DNA of 59,144 nt, filler included, from Porpidia crustulata (GCA_964255105.1; 6 parts of 6 records of this genome joined end to end with filler, not necessarily neighbours in it), one strand, 5' to 3'; positions 1-12,800 are shown, numbered from the whole stretch's first letter. Numbers and translations are program-made. The notes: generated from the sequence alone by a model not told the origin.

Positions 1-757
1 CCCCCCCCCCAAACAACAAAATCAACTCCAAAACATCCAGCACCATCGACCTCCCCGCAAACCACCTCCAATTAAAAAATCCCTTTGCTACAGATGAGGA
101 TCCCCGACTTCCTCATCCCCGCCGCGTTCGTTTAACTTACGAACCATCCTCTCGCACTCGATCTGGCCCATCAAACTACATAAGATCTTCCCGTCCGTAT
201 CGAGAAAGGGATTGCAACACTCCTCGAGATGGCGGGGGAGGGGATCGTTGGGAAGATGAGAACGAATCTTACGGTACAAGGGGTACTCCATGACTGGCAC
301 AGGCATTCTGTCATCCGCATCATATTTCAAAGTCAGGGATACGTCCTTCACCTCACGACCAGCGTTACGGTTCCCATTGGCATAAATTAAGCGATGAGAT
401 ACGACTACTAAATAAAGTCACGGTCTCACGGCCCTCATCTCTGATAACTATTATCCTCGGCAATATTCACGATTGTGAAATTGTAACGAGATCGTGGATA
501 GCATCACAGCGACAAGTCCGAAAAAGTCACACTTGCTAGATAAACGTGCAGCGTCGTTGTAATGAATGTGCTTGTGCCAATTTTCCAGTCTAAGCCAAGT
601 AAGAAAGCCATTGGAAAGGAGCGTCGAAATCCTTGTGCCTCTTGTAACCATCGTTCCTCCGTCCCCGTGTCCACCTCGTCGACGCGTCCATGCAAAGTCT
701 CGCTGCCGTTCCATCACCATCCGCGACGCTATCCCTCAACCACCCTCTCGAAATCTC

Positions 758-2424
758 TTAAAATCCCACTTCACCCAATCTCGGAGCTCCACCTTCCCAA
801 TCATATCGCTCGTAGTACTTGAAGATCAACTCATACCCCTCCAAATCATGCACGATTCGATCGACGCGCCGGTACCCCCGGATGTTGTCCATGCGTGCGG
901 CGGTGCACTTCTTCTTCGCCGCCGCCTTCATCTCCTGTGCAGTGCCCTCGCCCTCGTCGCTGTCCTCTGAGAACATAGGTACCGCTTTCGCTTCGAAAAG
1001 AGTGACGGAAAACCGCCCAGGCTTGAAGATCGCAACGACCTGCTCCACGACGTCTGCGGTTTCCCGGCCTGTCTGCTGACTAGGGACGTTGGTCTCGAAG
1101 CTGGCGTACGAGCAGTGCGGTTCCGGTGTCACGTGGACGGTGAAGTAATGAGTGGCATTCGGTCCAGAGGGAGCGGGAATGACGCCATTGGCACTAAAGC
1201 CGCATGGGGTGAAAAGGAAGGCATCGATGCGGGCGTCGGGGTACTTGGACTGGGGGTAGACGGCAGACAAGCCTGAAGCATCAGAGACGATGGTGCCGAG
1301 GGCGTGACCTTCGGTCGTGAGTTCCATAGGAATTTTGTTGTTGTCAAGTTCATCGTCATCGGAGCAAGAGGTGTTACTGAAGATGTCGAGGGTATCGTCG
1401 TAGGTGGTAACGTTGATTCTTGAATCTCCCTTCGAGTCGACTTTCAAGTCATCAACCGGTTGATCGTTGATGTCGCCAAGGTGTTGCTGAGCAACTCGGC
1501 GAGCCTTGTGGGTTTGTTGGAAGTACCGACCCTCCGCAACCGCACTCGCGTGGTTCAGGTAGAATTGCTTTGCATTTTCGTGGTCCAAGTCCGTCATCAA
1601 TATCTCTAAAGTTTCATCTTGCCCAAAATCTTCACCGCTATCACAGCTCTTGATCGATCGAGCGGCATTCGGAAGGTCGAATATCTTAGTCTCCGTCTCC
1701 TTTCTCTCTGGGGTGGCTGGTGGAGTCAAGATCGTGTTAGGCTCTGTGAGATACAAATACCAATGTTCCCCATTCATCTTGCCTATCATATATGCGCTTC
1801 CTCCGAGGAAAAGCTTGTCAAGCGATTTGACTTCGTCTCTCCAGCTTCGATGTGGACCGCGTTGGCGATCTGGAAAGAGGAAGTTCTTTCTGCTGTAGAA
1901 TACACGGTACGGAATCGCAGCTGTACCGGTCCCAGCTACTGAGTTTGCCACGGCATGAGGAAACCCTGCAGCCACTGCAGCTATCTCAAGGATCCGAGGT
2001 AAACCACTCAACAGAGTCGTTGTACCACATGTCTTGAGTATCAGCTTGTGAGGAAAGACAAACATGCTGGATTCGGACAAGAGATAGGCATCGACATGTT
2101 CGGACTCCACGATGGACAAAACTTTGCAATTGACAAGATCAAGCATATCCTTCCAGACTTCAGCAGACACAGTCTTCAAACCTTTTGGAGTGGTAGATTC
2201 GGGCAGCGAGCCCGGAGACGCGCTGAACCATACTTCTAGAAGCTTCTCCGGACCTATCGTAACATTATGCTTACATCCTGAAAGTGGAAAGTACTTGACA
2301 TACCTTCGAAGGCATTGGTAGAATCAAGGTCAATAGTGACATCTCGGTTGATAGTCAAATGCGGCGTCCCACTAAAGGAGGACGGAGATGCTGTGCAGTT
2401 CAGGGGTATGTCAATATTGACCAT
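758..2424 (-). CDS. SPE2: S-adenosylmethionine decarboxylase proenzyme (2 exons: 2424-2304, 2253-758; intron 2254-2303)
   Basis: Spliced N-terminus MVNIDIP...DSTNAFEG|PEKLLEVWF across a GTATGT...TAG intron. Self-cleavage motif YLLSE/SSMFV, plus LKTCGTT, FTPCGFSANG and HVTPEPHCSYASFETN. Confidence 0.97.
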
Positions 2425-2633
2425 CTCCGTGCAGTGGCTTGGTCTATTGACCCTTGGGAACAGGCAGTATAGTATGTTCTATGAACATATGAGCATATAT
2501 GCTTTAGATTTGTCACCACCCAAGAGCAGAATACGACATGCTGACCTAGAGATCGAATGTGTAATCCTTTCGATATGTAATGCTCACTCTACCCGCCCGA
2601 GGAACAATGCGGTGTCCACCTGAGAAGGGAAGG

Positions 2634-2821
2634 CCCACAATATGTGGGATAGCGTGGAGGCTGGCTTTAGCCAGCAGCAGTAGGTATGCTATCAACTGCT
2701 CGCCGGGTCGTTATGGAGGACGAGCGGAGAGTGGAATAAAGAAGGCCTTGAACCAAGGAATTTTGACTATATGGTTTATCCCTCGCTCTGACAAGAGTCC
2801 GATACCCTCTGAAAGTACCGG
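2634..2821 (-). promoter_or_regulatory. Hairpin-rich structured segment of SPE2 5' leader (candidate cis-regulatory RNA)
   Basis: Inverted repeats at 2634-2648, 2660-2675, 2746-2758, 2785-2798 and 2799-2821 (minus strand CCGGUACUUU-cag-AGGGUAUCGG, with G-U pairs). Confidence 0.5.
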
Positions 2822-2897
2822 GTCTAGCAGACAAGGATTATGTTGTTGATTGAGTGAGGTAGGTGAGTGTTGTGTTTAAAGTCTCCTTGGCGGGGTG

Positions 2898-3036
2898 TTA
2901 TCTGGGTCTAGAAATCGAGGTGAATCAGCATCGCCTGAATTGTTTGTCACGTCGTCGCTCCAGCAAACTTGCAGCAAGCCAAGTATACATACTTTGCTGG
3001 CTTTGACAAGAAGCGTAGCAGATCGTTCCGGCTCAT
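2898..3036 (-). promoter_or_regulatory. Intron-split upstream ORF in SPE2 leader (MSRNDLLRFLSKPAKPR*; exons 3036-2993, 2907-2898)
   Basis: ATG at 3036. Donor GTATGT (2992), branch-like GCTGAT, acceptor TTCTAG (2908). Spliced frame stops at TAA 2900-2898. No further ATG from 2897 to 2546. Confidence 0.75.
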
Positions 3037-5084
3037 GGAGAATATGTTTGGTGCGTTCAACGATTGCAATGTTGAACCTAATGGTAATTGGATTGCTTCA
3101 GCATCACTTGACTAAACCTTTATTGTACTTGTGATAGTGAGGTGAGGGGTTTCGTAGAACTCCAAGTAAGTAAGGCAGTGTAAAGAAGAATTGATCGCAT
3201 GAGTTGGTTTTTTCAATGGGGAAATTTATTTTGTGTTGGTGAGCTAATTATGACCTACTTGCGCGCTTAAGGAATTACCCGCCTTCAAAATTCCGCCTCG
3301 TCTCTTCCTCGCCTATTTCCCCAATTGGATTCCTGCCTTTCATCAGCTATCCAGAAGAAATGCGAAACGAAACATGTCATAAGGCTATAGGGTTCTAATT
3401 AAGCGTCATGTCGCCATGGAAGTAGGCACCGCCCCTTCGAAGAATATGTGGAAATATTCTTCCCCTACAAGATTGTGATATCAGGGTTCTTATTGCAGAT
3501 GCCGGGACTCTAGCAGCCTGTCATGCCTGTCGAGTCACCATGACAATTGCATGCTAATTGACCTAGGATCGAGCGGGGTCATTGCGAGCAAAGCAAATCC
3601 CTGACAATAGCCAATTCCCAAGGGTCGTACATCTGAGACAGGATTCTGTCGAACATTGAGTATAATTGTTACTCGAAGTTGGTCGCGAGAGACTATGGTG
3701 GTGAGAGTCAAAACAGCAGGATCACATCCCTGGATGCTTTAGGCAAAAGTCAAAGGGAGGCAATACTACTGATGATCCGGTCTCCGGCACTTACACACAG
3801 AGAACAGATTTGTCTGACTAATCTGCTGACGACTACATAGTAGCTTATGCAGTGCCAGCAGGCACGTGGGATAGCTGCAGATGCGGTCGGGAAGTGGCAT
3901 TATGCAGAGGCCTGCAACTTGAATATCTTATCATCGTAGAACCATGACTGTGTCAAATGATCTCCGTACCGCCAATCTTGAAGAGGGAAACCTGTGAACT
4001 GAAAACCTCAGTGCGGATGTATAAGAGAAAGCTCGAACCCAGGGACGGACTGGTGCTTTACCTCTTCGTTTCTTCGGATTACAGAACCGAAGGTTGTTTC
4101 AAACCGAATCTGCAGTAAACCCAAAAGATCGAAGTAGCAGCACTCATTGGACCTGTCAGGAGGCAATCAAGACTCGACCCGCCTTGATGGTGTGGTGGCG
4201 CTCTTCGGACCGCATTTGAATGAGGCGGGGTGATTCGCTGGCCAGAGGCATCAGACCTCTCTACGTCTAAGATCTTGGACAGAGGACCATGCAGCTAAGG
4301 CTATAATGTCGAAAATAAATGGAACAGCTCGGCCGATTCCATGAAGGTGATTGTTGGACTAAGTGCTCGTAAATTGGTTGACGGCAGTACTAGAAAGGGC
4401 ATTAGACTCAATTATAGCGAATCAATGAGAATTAGATTTTGGATGTTAGACCGTATTTATCTCAAAAGTTCCCTCGAGCTGTCTGCTCAAAAATGGGTTG
4501 ATTGCTGTGGGAATTGTTGGTGGCAATATTGTCCAGCAACTTGAACGAATCGTAGCCCGACTGGATCTCTTCCCTCGTATCAGGTTGCAGAGGATGCATA
4601 TTATCTGGTGACTCCTCTAGACGAATCAAGGTCCGAGCGGTCTTTCTGGACGACTGGGAGACACACTGGCTCGCAGAATTACGCTGTCGATGGACATGCA
4701 GTCCTGTCACTAAGAATCACTTTACCCTTGGCCCAATCAACAGCCAGCAACTTTGCTGCGTCCACCACACCACATAAATGCTTAGGTAGTCGAGTTCTCT
4801 ACGAACCTCAGCCTGCGGAATTTCTACACGAATTGCGACAACATCTTCTTGATCAAACCGAAGGGTATCCTCCACACCGGCTAAGTCTGCAACTAGGAGC
4901 CACGGGTCTGCTGTCGCAATGCGCTGGAGCGGACAAAGAGCTTTCTCAAGAACTCTACTGACCCTGATCGAAGGCCCACCGACCCATCGTAACACCAGTC
5001 CTAACCTTTCCTTTCCGTATGACGCAAAAGCTTTGATGTCGAGCAGCCGGCGTCGTCGCTTCTTAGACGCCGGATCGGCTACAA

Positions 5085-8000
5085 ATGGTGGACATAATGG
5101 AGCATAGATATCCCTTGCATGGGCGAAGCATGTCGTGTACGTGATACCACTCTCTCCATTTTAGGGTGTCCACGGCGGCAACTGAAGCCAACTCTTGCTT
5201 GTTTGTGGGTGGAATGCGCTAACCCGCGAAGCCCTGGCATCAACCATTATACCACTTCGGTCGGACGCTTCTCCCCTCACGACTTTCGCGACATCCCCAC
5301 CGGAGATGTACGATGTGATGGACGCCTTAGACATTCCTATCGAACTCAATATACCGTTGCCGGCTTCGCGTACCGGCTCGGAAGATGAAGAAGACCAAGA
5401 AGGACTTTCTCCAAAAAACTCCCAAACGGGCGAGGCAGCGCCGTTGATCAACGAAGTACAAGGGAACCAACAAATAATCACCAACTTTACAGAGGAGCTC
5501 AAGGATGAGGATGTTTCTCAGGATTGGCCTACCGCCCTAGGCATAGAAATCCCGGCTATGAACTTGGACGAATTGGCTCAGCTGATCCAGTTAGAAAGAT
5601 ATCATTCAGGTCTTACCCTATCCGATCAGGAAACTCTTTCCCGTGCTATGCTTTCTTATGGCCTAAATAGAAGGCTGATCCGCAGCATGGCTTTGGCATA
5701 TACTTCCATGGTAAATAGTTTTGAGGCCGACAACCAGGCTCGTTTCGCAAGAATATTCGAAGTATGTCAACAACTGGTTGAAAGTTGCGGTAGGTATGAA
5801 CGTTCCATGCCAACGGCTACGCGGTATTGGACCGGAGAGTATACCTATACACCTCATCAAGGAGGCCCGTCATATTCCTGGTTGCACAACTTACCATCAA
5901 CTCAGCAGCGCGACATTTTGAGATTTCTCACGAAAATCAGAACAGATCCAGATTTTTTGTCGGATCGTATATGTCACTTGTCTTCTGCTGATCTTTTGGC
6001 ATTAATCTCACCTTGTCGATCTGCTACGGTGGTTGAGTCCGTTCTACACAACCAGTCTCACGGAAAGGCCCAGGACTTTGTGAAGAATCACAGACCTGAA
6101 ACGGAGTCCTCTTCCTTGGATGCTTTGAAAGGATTCCATCGCCAGGATCCAATGTTTGCTCTACTTTACGATATCTTTGATGATTCTTCCAAACCAGGAT
6201 CCTCGGAGTATGGTCGCAGAATCGATATATGGTCCACGACCTGTGCAAGGACGACGGCACTTGGAAAGCGTGGTAGTGATGAATTCCTCACGGCGACTCT
6301 AAACTCTTTTGCCGGCTTACAGGAATGGCCTTTGAAATCTAAGTTGGAGCTTTTCCTGACCCGGATACTCCAGGAAGGTGCATTTCTTTTGGATCCACCC
6401 GCCAATGAAGTGATGGATTTCAGGCAGCCACTTGAAATACGTAAAGCGAGTGCCGTTATAGCCGGTTCCAATTTCTTTGATCAAGCAATAAAAGATGTTT
6501 TTGTGATACTGACCCAAGGTTCTGCGAGGGATAGCATACCTGGGGCTGTCTTAGATTTTGCGCGCGCTTTTCTGAATAAGATCCAAGATCCAAGTATCAG
6601 GCTGCGGGCGAAGAATTTCGTTGCGGCCAAATGGTATTTCTCGTCCTTCCTCCCAAACATACTTGTTCATCCAGAGGTAAGTCGAGTCTCGTATTGATCG
6701 AAGATAGTCATAACGTTCTATGTCTCAGACCCGAGGCCTAATGATGACACATCACGTTGGAGCTCCTGCCAAGACCAAGATTCTAAAGGAGCTGGTGATC
6801 CGGATGCAAAAGCAAGTAATTGACGTCACTTCTCCATGGTATGAACCGTTGGTTATATAAATTTTGGGAGCATTTACTGAGATGATCGAACAGGAGAAAC
6901 ACGCTCTTAGTATCTTCTGATATTCAGCAGTGCATTGGCCGATTCTTCCAATTCTTTGAGCCGAGTATCAATGGAAACCGTACGGGATCTACCGCCATTC
7001 CTCAAAAACAGTCCGTCAAAGATTCTATTATAGCCCCCTTGATGGTCAGTCCGCACAGCATCACTGCATTGGTTAAGACACTCTTCCCGGACCACCCTCC
7101 ATCGCCAAGCTCAACAACCTCCTTCTATAACAGTGTGGAGTCCGGTGAGTCATCGGTCGCAGGATCCTCCACCCTGACTGCAGGCTCAATGGAGCCTGGC
7201 TGTGGAACGGTGTCTTCTTCGACTCCGAGCATCAGTGGCACGTCTATGACCAGCACAACTATGCTCAGTGAAGGGCCTTTTACAGATCCAGACGCCGAAG
7301 ACCGGGGCCTTCCGCCAGCTCAGAGTAATGATGCTTCATCGTCTAAGAGGCCGGGTGTCGCAGAAGCGCAAGAGGACCTAGGAGCCCGGCTAAGGCTCCT
7401 GAGCGCGAAACTTACGGAGAAAGAAGGCCCTCGGATAGAATCCACTGAACCATATCCTGCGGACCTATGGGCTTTCATATACATTGCTGAAAACGGGGAG
7501 GAGCTTTCGTTGACACCCTTTGAGACTGATGTAGCTGGTAATTTGTTAGATTTTGCACAAAATGATGCAGATCAGGGCCCAGAGTACACGAACAATGACT
7601 ACAAATTTCTCAGAACAGCTATCGTCAGATTGCTAGCTGATCAAGAAGTACCCAGAGGACTCTTCGACTTTTCGAGTGATTTGGAAACATTATCTCCAGG
7701 ATTTGACGTGTGGAGATTACCGTTAGGTGCTACTTTCAATGCTCTCATGAACGTCTGCCAGAATCAATTTGATTTCAACGATGCTCATTATTGGTGGCGA
7801 GGTCTTGAGGCCTTGCGTAGCTACACGTCGACGGAGAATCCACTAAAAGCTTACAATAATCTTCTTCGTTTGATTGAGTACGATGTTCAAGAGAGCATAA
7901 TTCACCACAAAAGGACCAACGAGCGAACTGAGCAATTCCTTCGCTCTCTGGAGAGTATGCAAATCCAGCAGCATAAGACACTTCAACTTTTGGATGCGGA

Positions 8001-9786
8001 ACGCAAGGCTTTGCGGCTTAAGATGTGGTATATTTCAGATGTTAGACACTCGTCGACATATGAAGATGCAATACAAGTCACCCGCGCATTGCGAGCCATG
8101 GCCGGCCCTAAACGCACGAAACAGCCTGGAAGTATCGCGAATTGGGCACGTCATCGACTTCGAAGCTCCACTGGACATGACAGGTCCGAAGCACAAGTAT
8201 TAGAAGCTCTTTCTGCACCAACTGGTTATAGTGGCTTATCCAAATTAGCTGATGAGCAAGTTGAGCTAACTTCGAGATGGTTGACCAGGAGCAGCGTAGA
8301 GAATTTCTGCAAGGGTGAAGAGAGAATTCACCGGTTCTGTTTTGAGATTCAAAAATGCGTAAACAGATTGGGCGGGCCCAGTCTGTTGGACAGTCCGGTA
8401 TTGTGGTCTAGCCGTCTCTTTGAGTCTGAAAGAATAGCCTTTGATAAACACGAGAACGTTGAGCTGGGAGACGTAGGCCTTGCTACCGTCGGAAGCCCCC
8501 GAGCCCTAAACAGCATCTTACTCTCATCAAATAATACAGCGCCTATTCCGACAACTTTGCCAAGTTCAAGAACTAACGACATCACTACTAATATCAGCCG
8601 TCTCTGGACCACTCCTAGGATGGTATCATATGAGCCTAGGCAGCCCAATTTCAGCGGCTTTCCTCAAGTCCAGGAGCCATTCTCTACACGACCTGTCTGG
8701 TCTGGCAATCGCTCATCCGTACCGCTATCGGCCTCACAACCTTACAAAATTCGTGATGGCATTATGTCAAATAATAACGCTCTCGGGGAAGACATCAACA
8801 TTAGAAAAAGAGCTTTTACCCAGCAGATAAAGCAGAACCTCAACAGTCTATTGTTGAGCGACCTGGGCTATAAGATTTGGGCGGAGGGCAGCGAGACAGA
8901 TGCCTGGGTTAAACTTAATCTCCCAAGAGCGCCTCCAATACCGGCCATTATACCCCTTTCTCAGTCTCAGCCAGACAATCATACCTCTAGGAATCAAAGT
9001 AGAGCTCCACACGACTTAGCAAACCTTCCAGTAATGCCAAGAAAAGCCACGTCCAAGTTTCACACTCGACCCGGACAACCTCCAGATCAAGTCGGAAACC
9101 CTACAGAGTCCAGTGAAGCCTTCAAGCATCCTAGCACTCTCCGTAATGACTCCATCACTAAGTCTATATTCCCCTATATGGAGGGTTACAAAAAGCTTCT
9201 GCAGAAATTTTCTGCAAGCCCAGATCCGCATGTAAAGCTCCACATAATCTATGAGCTTGAGATGCTAATATTCAGCTCCTTGCAATACTATGCGCCCGCA
9301 AAGCGCTTGGATACTGCCGCTCCGACTCAACAGTTTCCCCAATTATCCGCCAATAATCTTCGTACCGCTCACAGTATGAAAGTGCCTCGGACCAAAGCCA
9401 CAAGTTTAGAAGAGGTCATCGCCAACTGTTTCGACCGTCGAGCCAGCACATTGAAATCTAAGCTATCGACCACCATACCTTTGATAAAAATCGCCAAACC
9501 CCATCACAAGGAGATTGATATCCCGGATACCGACGACATTGTAAATACCTTCCTGGCCATCTTCCGCGACAACGACCTCCGTCCCCAAACCCTTTTCCGC
9601 GACCTCCAATTCATCGCCGCCTTCGTCCCGCCCGAAACCCTCGATCAAACCCCGCAAGGCAAAGCCTTCTGGGACGCCGGCCTTGCCGCCCTGGCACTCA
9701 AAGAAGACCTCTGCGAATCGATGATCGCCCGCGCCACCGAAATCACCACCCACCACATCTCCGACGCCAAGTCTCCTACCGACGAC
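5085..9786 (+). CDS. Large uncharacterised fungal protein, probable VPS9-like C-terminal domain; 3'-truncated by contig end (exons 5085-5136, 5232-6676, 6729-6838, 6894->9786)
   Basis: GT-AG introns join ORFs 5195-6697 and 7039-9786 in frame. Conserved-looking blocks LRLKMWYISDVRHS, ENFCKGEERIHRFCFE and LRPQTLFRDLQFIAAFVP. The VPS9 assignment is by eye only. Confidence 0.75.
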
Positions 9787-9886
9787 NNNNNNNNNNNNNN
9801 NNNNNNNNNNNNNNNNNNNNNNNNNNNNNNTTAATTAATTAANNNNNNNNNNNNNNNNNNNNNNNNNNNNNNNNNNNNNNNNNNNN
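9787..9886. other. Artificial contig spacer (N44-TTAATTAATTAA-N44)
   Basis: 100-nt linker with stops in all six frames, identical at all five junctions. Confidence 0.99.
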
Positions 9887-12800
9887 ATCCCATCGTCCCC
9901 ATAACCACACTACTCGACCTCAGCGCCGCGCGATACGACCGATGGAACCGATGAAGCGGATGTTCGACATCCGAATCCTTATCTGATCCATCTGTTACCT
10001 CCTTGCACCCATATTTCGACGCTCCGATTGTTTCGTTGCCGCCACGAACAGAAGGGGAGATGAACGGATGTTTCAGGACCTGGTGGTTGCATGAGTCTAG
10101 AGATGCACGGGGGTAATTCACGCCAACGATCTTTTTGACGTCATGAACGATATGCTCTATATCGTCTTCGGGACTCGACGTATCGGGCGTTTCTGGATCG
10201 CCGAGGAGGCTTGAACTGGCTGACGTCTGCTCGGTGCTCTGCATGGTGGAGTTTTCGGATGGGTCGGCGCCGCGGTCTGGGGGCGTTGAGGGGGCGGTTG
10301 ATTGTGCTCGTTGTTCGGTTTTTGGTATCTCGAAATCACGTGTATCGTCTTCGTGGCGTCCAAAATCCCGGATAGCAATATTAAGACATGTTTGTTGGCG
10401 TTTAGGCCCGTCATTATCCCTCGATTCTGTCTGTTCTCTGGACTCCGGTATCTTCGTGCCACGAATACCGGCTTCCCAACTCCCGGCATTTTTAGCAACG
10501 ACACCTGCATCTGCGTCATAATGTCTGAAACCTTTGACCACCTTGATGTCTGACTTTGCTTGTTTCGAAGTAGCTTGCAGCCCAGCAACGTATGGACCGT
10601 ACTCTTGGCGTCTGACATCCCCAATTGCTTGGTCATTTGGCTTTCCTTGCTCTGCTGGACGTTCCACCCCAGTATCATTTATATTAGCCTCTACACCTCC
10701 AGACATCTTAAAAGTCCCTGCTTTGTTACCAACAGAGCCAGGAATATTGTAAGAAACTTCGCTTTTCCTGCTTAGAGCCTGTCGATGCCGTCTAACCTTG
10801 AGTTTACCCGATCTTCTCAGCCTCTTTGCGATATTGCCAGAGACGGAGACGGACCTAGAAATGGATCGCTTAAGGGAACTGGGCTGGCCGTTGAAATTCG
10901 AAGTGTCAAATTTTTTTGGTTGTTTCAGCTGCCAATTATATCGGTAGCGGTCCCTCGACATACCGGTGTCAGCGAGCATCTTTGAATACAAATTGTATTG
11001 GTCGTGGTCTGTCAACTTGCGAGGATCGCCTTGCCTCTTCGGATCCTTCCGGTCCTGCCAACCTCCTAGAGTCCTCATAATATCTCCGCCGGCGCAGTAG
11101 ATGTCAACTCTTCTAGTTGATCCTTCATGTAATGGACCATGAGGAGGGTGTCGAATAAGCCAAGTTGCTGTATCCATAGAAGTGCCCATCGGTACTTCTT
11201 CCTTTTCCAGCTCTGCTGTTGATCTAATGTATCTCACATTTGGTCTAATATCCAGATTCATTGAACGGTCGTTGATTCTATCAGTTGAGGCGCCACACGC
11301 CCCAACGGGTTGCGGGTCCGTCACACTCCATACCAATGGGAGACGTTGCAGGTCTTTCCTGTGACCGGGGAGGAGTTCTCCCTCAAACCACCTAAGCTTT
11401 TGGGATACACCGCCTACCACAGCCTTGCGACGAGCAGCCATGGGCTTTCTAGATATGTTTGAGCTTAATAAAATACTCATTGATTGGGTCCTGAGTTTAC
11501 TCGCTGACGCATTCGAACGTATAAATAGCCGTTCGGAAGACTTCTTGGCTGTTTGATTGCCACGCCCTGCATGTCGATTTGCTGGCAGCCCCCTTTTCCG
11601 AACTATCAAGTTTGTCTGCTTGGAAGCCTGCCTAGGCGTTGGACTGATTCGAGTTGGGAGCTCTTCTCCCACTCCCGGAGTAAGCTCAGGCTTTACTTTC
11701 GAAGTATCAGTCGTGTTGATACAGTGTGAACGCTGTTTGGGCTGCGAACAATTATCCGCACAATAGTCTGACAAACAAAAGCTCCCAAGATTTTCAGACT
11801 TGGTGATTTTATTTGCCTGATGCGTGTTCACTGATGCTTGTACCGATGAATCTTTTGAGCCTTGGATCTCATCAATTCGTGATAGACCTCCCATCTCGCT
11901 TCGATAATGAGTCTTGATATAGAAAGAATCCTTGCTCGAGTCTGATTGAGATGCATGCTCGGATGCTTTGACCCTTAATGAAGGTACATTTTCAGAACCT
12001 TCATTTCTGACTCTACTCATCAAATTTGGGATTGAAATCTTCGATATTTCATGGACGGCACGCATAGAATCAGATGCATCGATAGGGAATCTTGATTCGG
12101 GATTTCTTGTTTGGTTGGTTAGATCTTTTAGTGAATCTCTACCGATAATGTGTAAGGTAGCAGATTTACGTGCATTACACTTTTTACGTTCCACTTTGCT
12201 ATAGTACTGTAATACTTTAGGACTAGCGACGTTTGGAGTTGTCTCCAAGTGTTGCTTCAAAGGCTCGATATCTATCACAGAGCTGGGCTTGGCAGGATTA
12301 TGACTACCCGACAATTCAGTATTGTGTGGACCAAAGCAAATAATCTCAGATTGAGTTCTTTCTATCCCGCGAAGGGCGAAATGTGGTGTATTTCCTGGCT
12401 CAGTAGATACTGATAGTGATGGTCGGATTCGCCTCTTGCTACTCACCTCAGGTGTTGGAGCGGCTTGTCTAGAGCTAGACAGAACAGTCGTGGCTATTAC
12501 TTCCACCTCACTCTCAATCACAGACAGGCGGGTATGCTTTCGTGGCATTAACAGTTGAGTGTATATTGCTCTTGATGTCTCCTGACTGGTGGCGTGCCAT
12601 GCTGATGGGGAAAGAATTCTCTTTCTCCGAACAGTAGTGACAACAGGGCAATTACATGACTCTGGTAGAGCGCCAGTCATTAGCGGACAATCTAGCGATG
12701 GCCCTTCATTCGAACCGGCACCATCAAACTGCCTGAGGTTGGGGATAATCTCCTGAGTTACGCTATAACGAGGTGGAAGCTCTACACGGAACATTGGCGA

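Noticed and set aside
88..351. 87-aa minus-strand ORF downstream of SPE2
   Set aside because: GTG start, no recognisable motif, little room for a promoter. Cannot exclude a small gene or exon, but it is unsupported.
4341..4995. Overlapping 67-117-aa ORFs upstream of the large gene
   Set aside because: Mostly non-ATG starts, no motifs or coherent splice model. Probably promoter/UTR.
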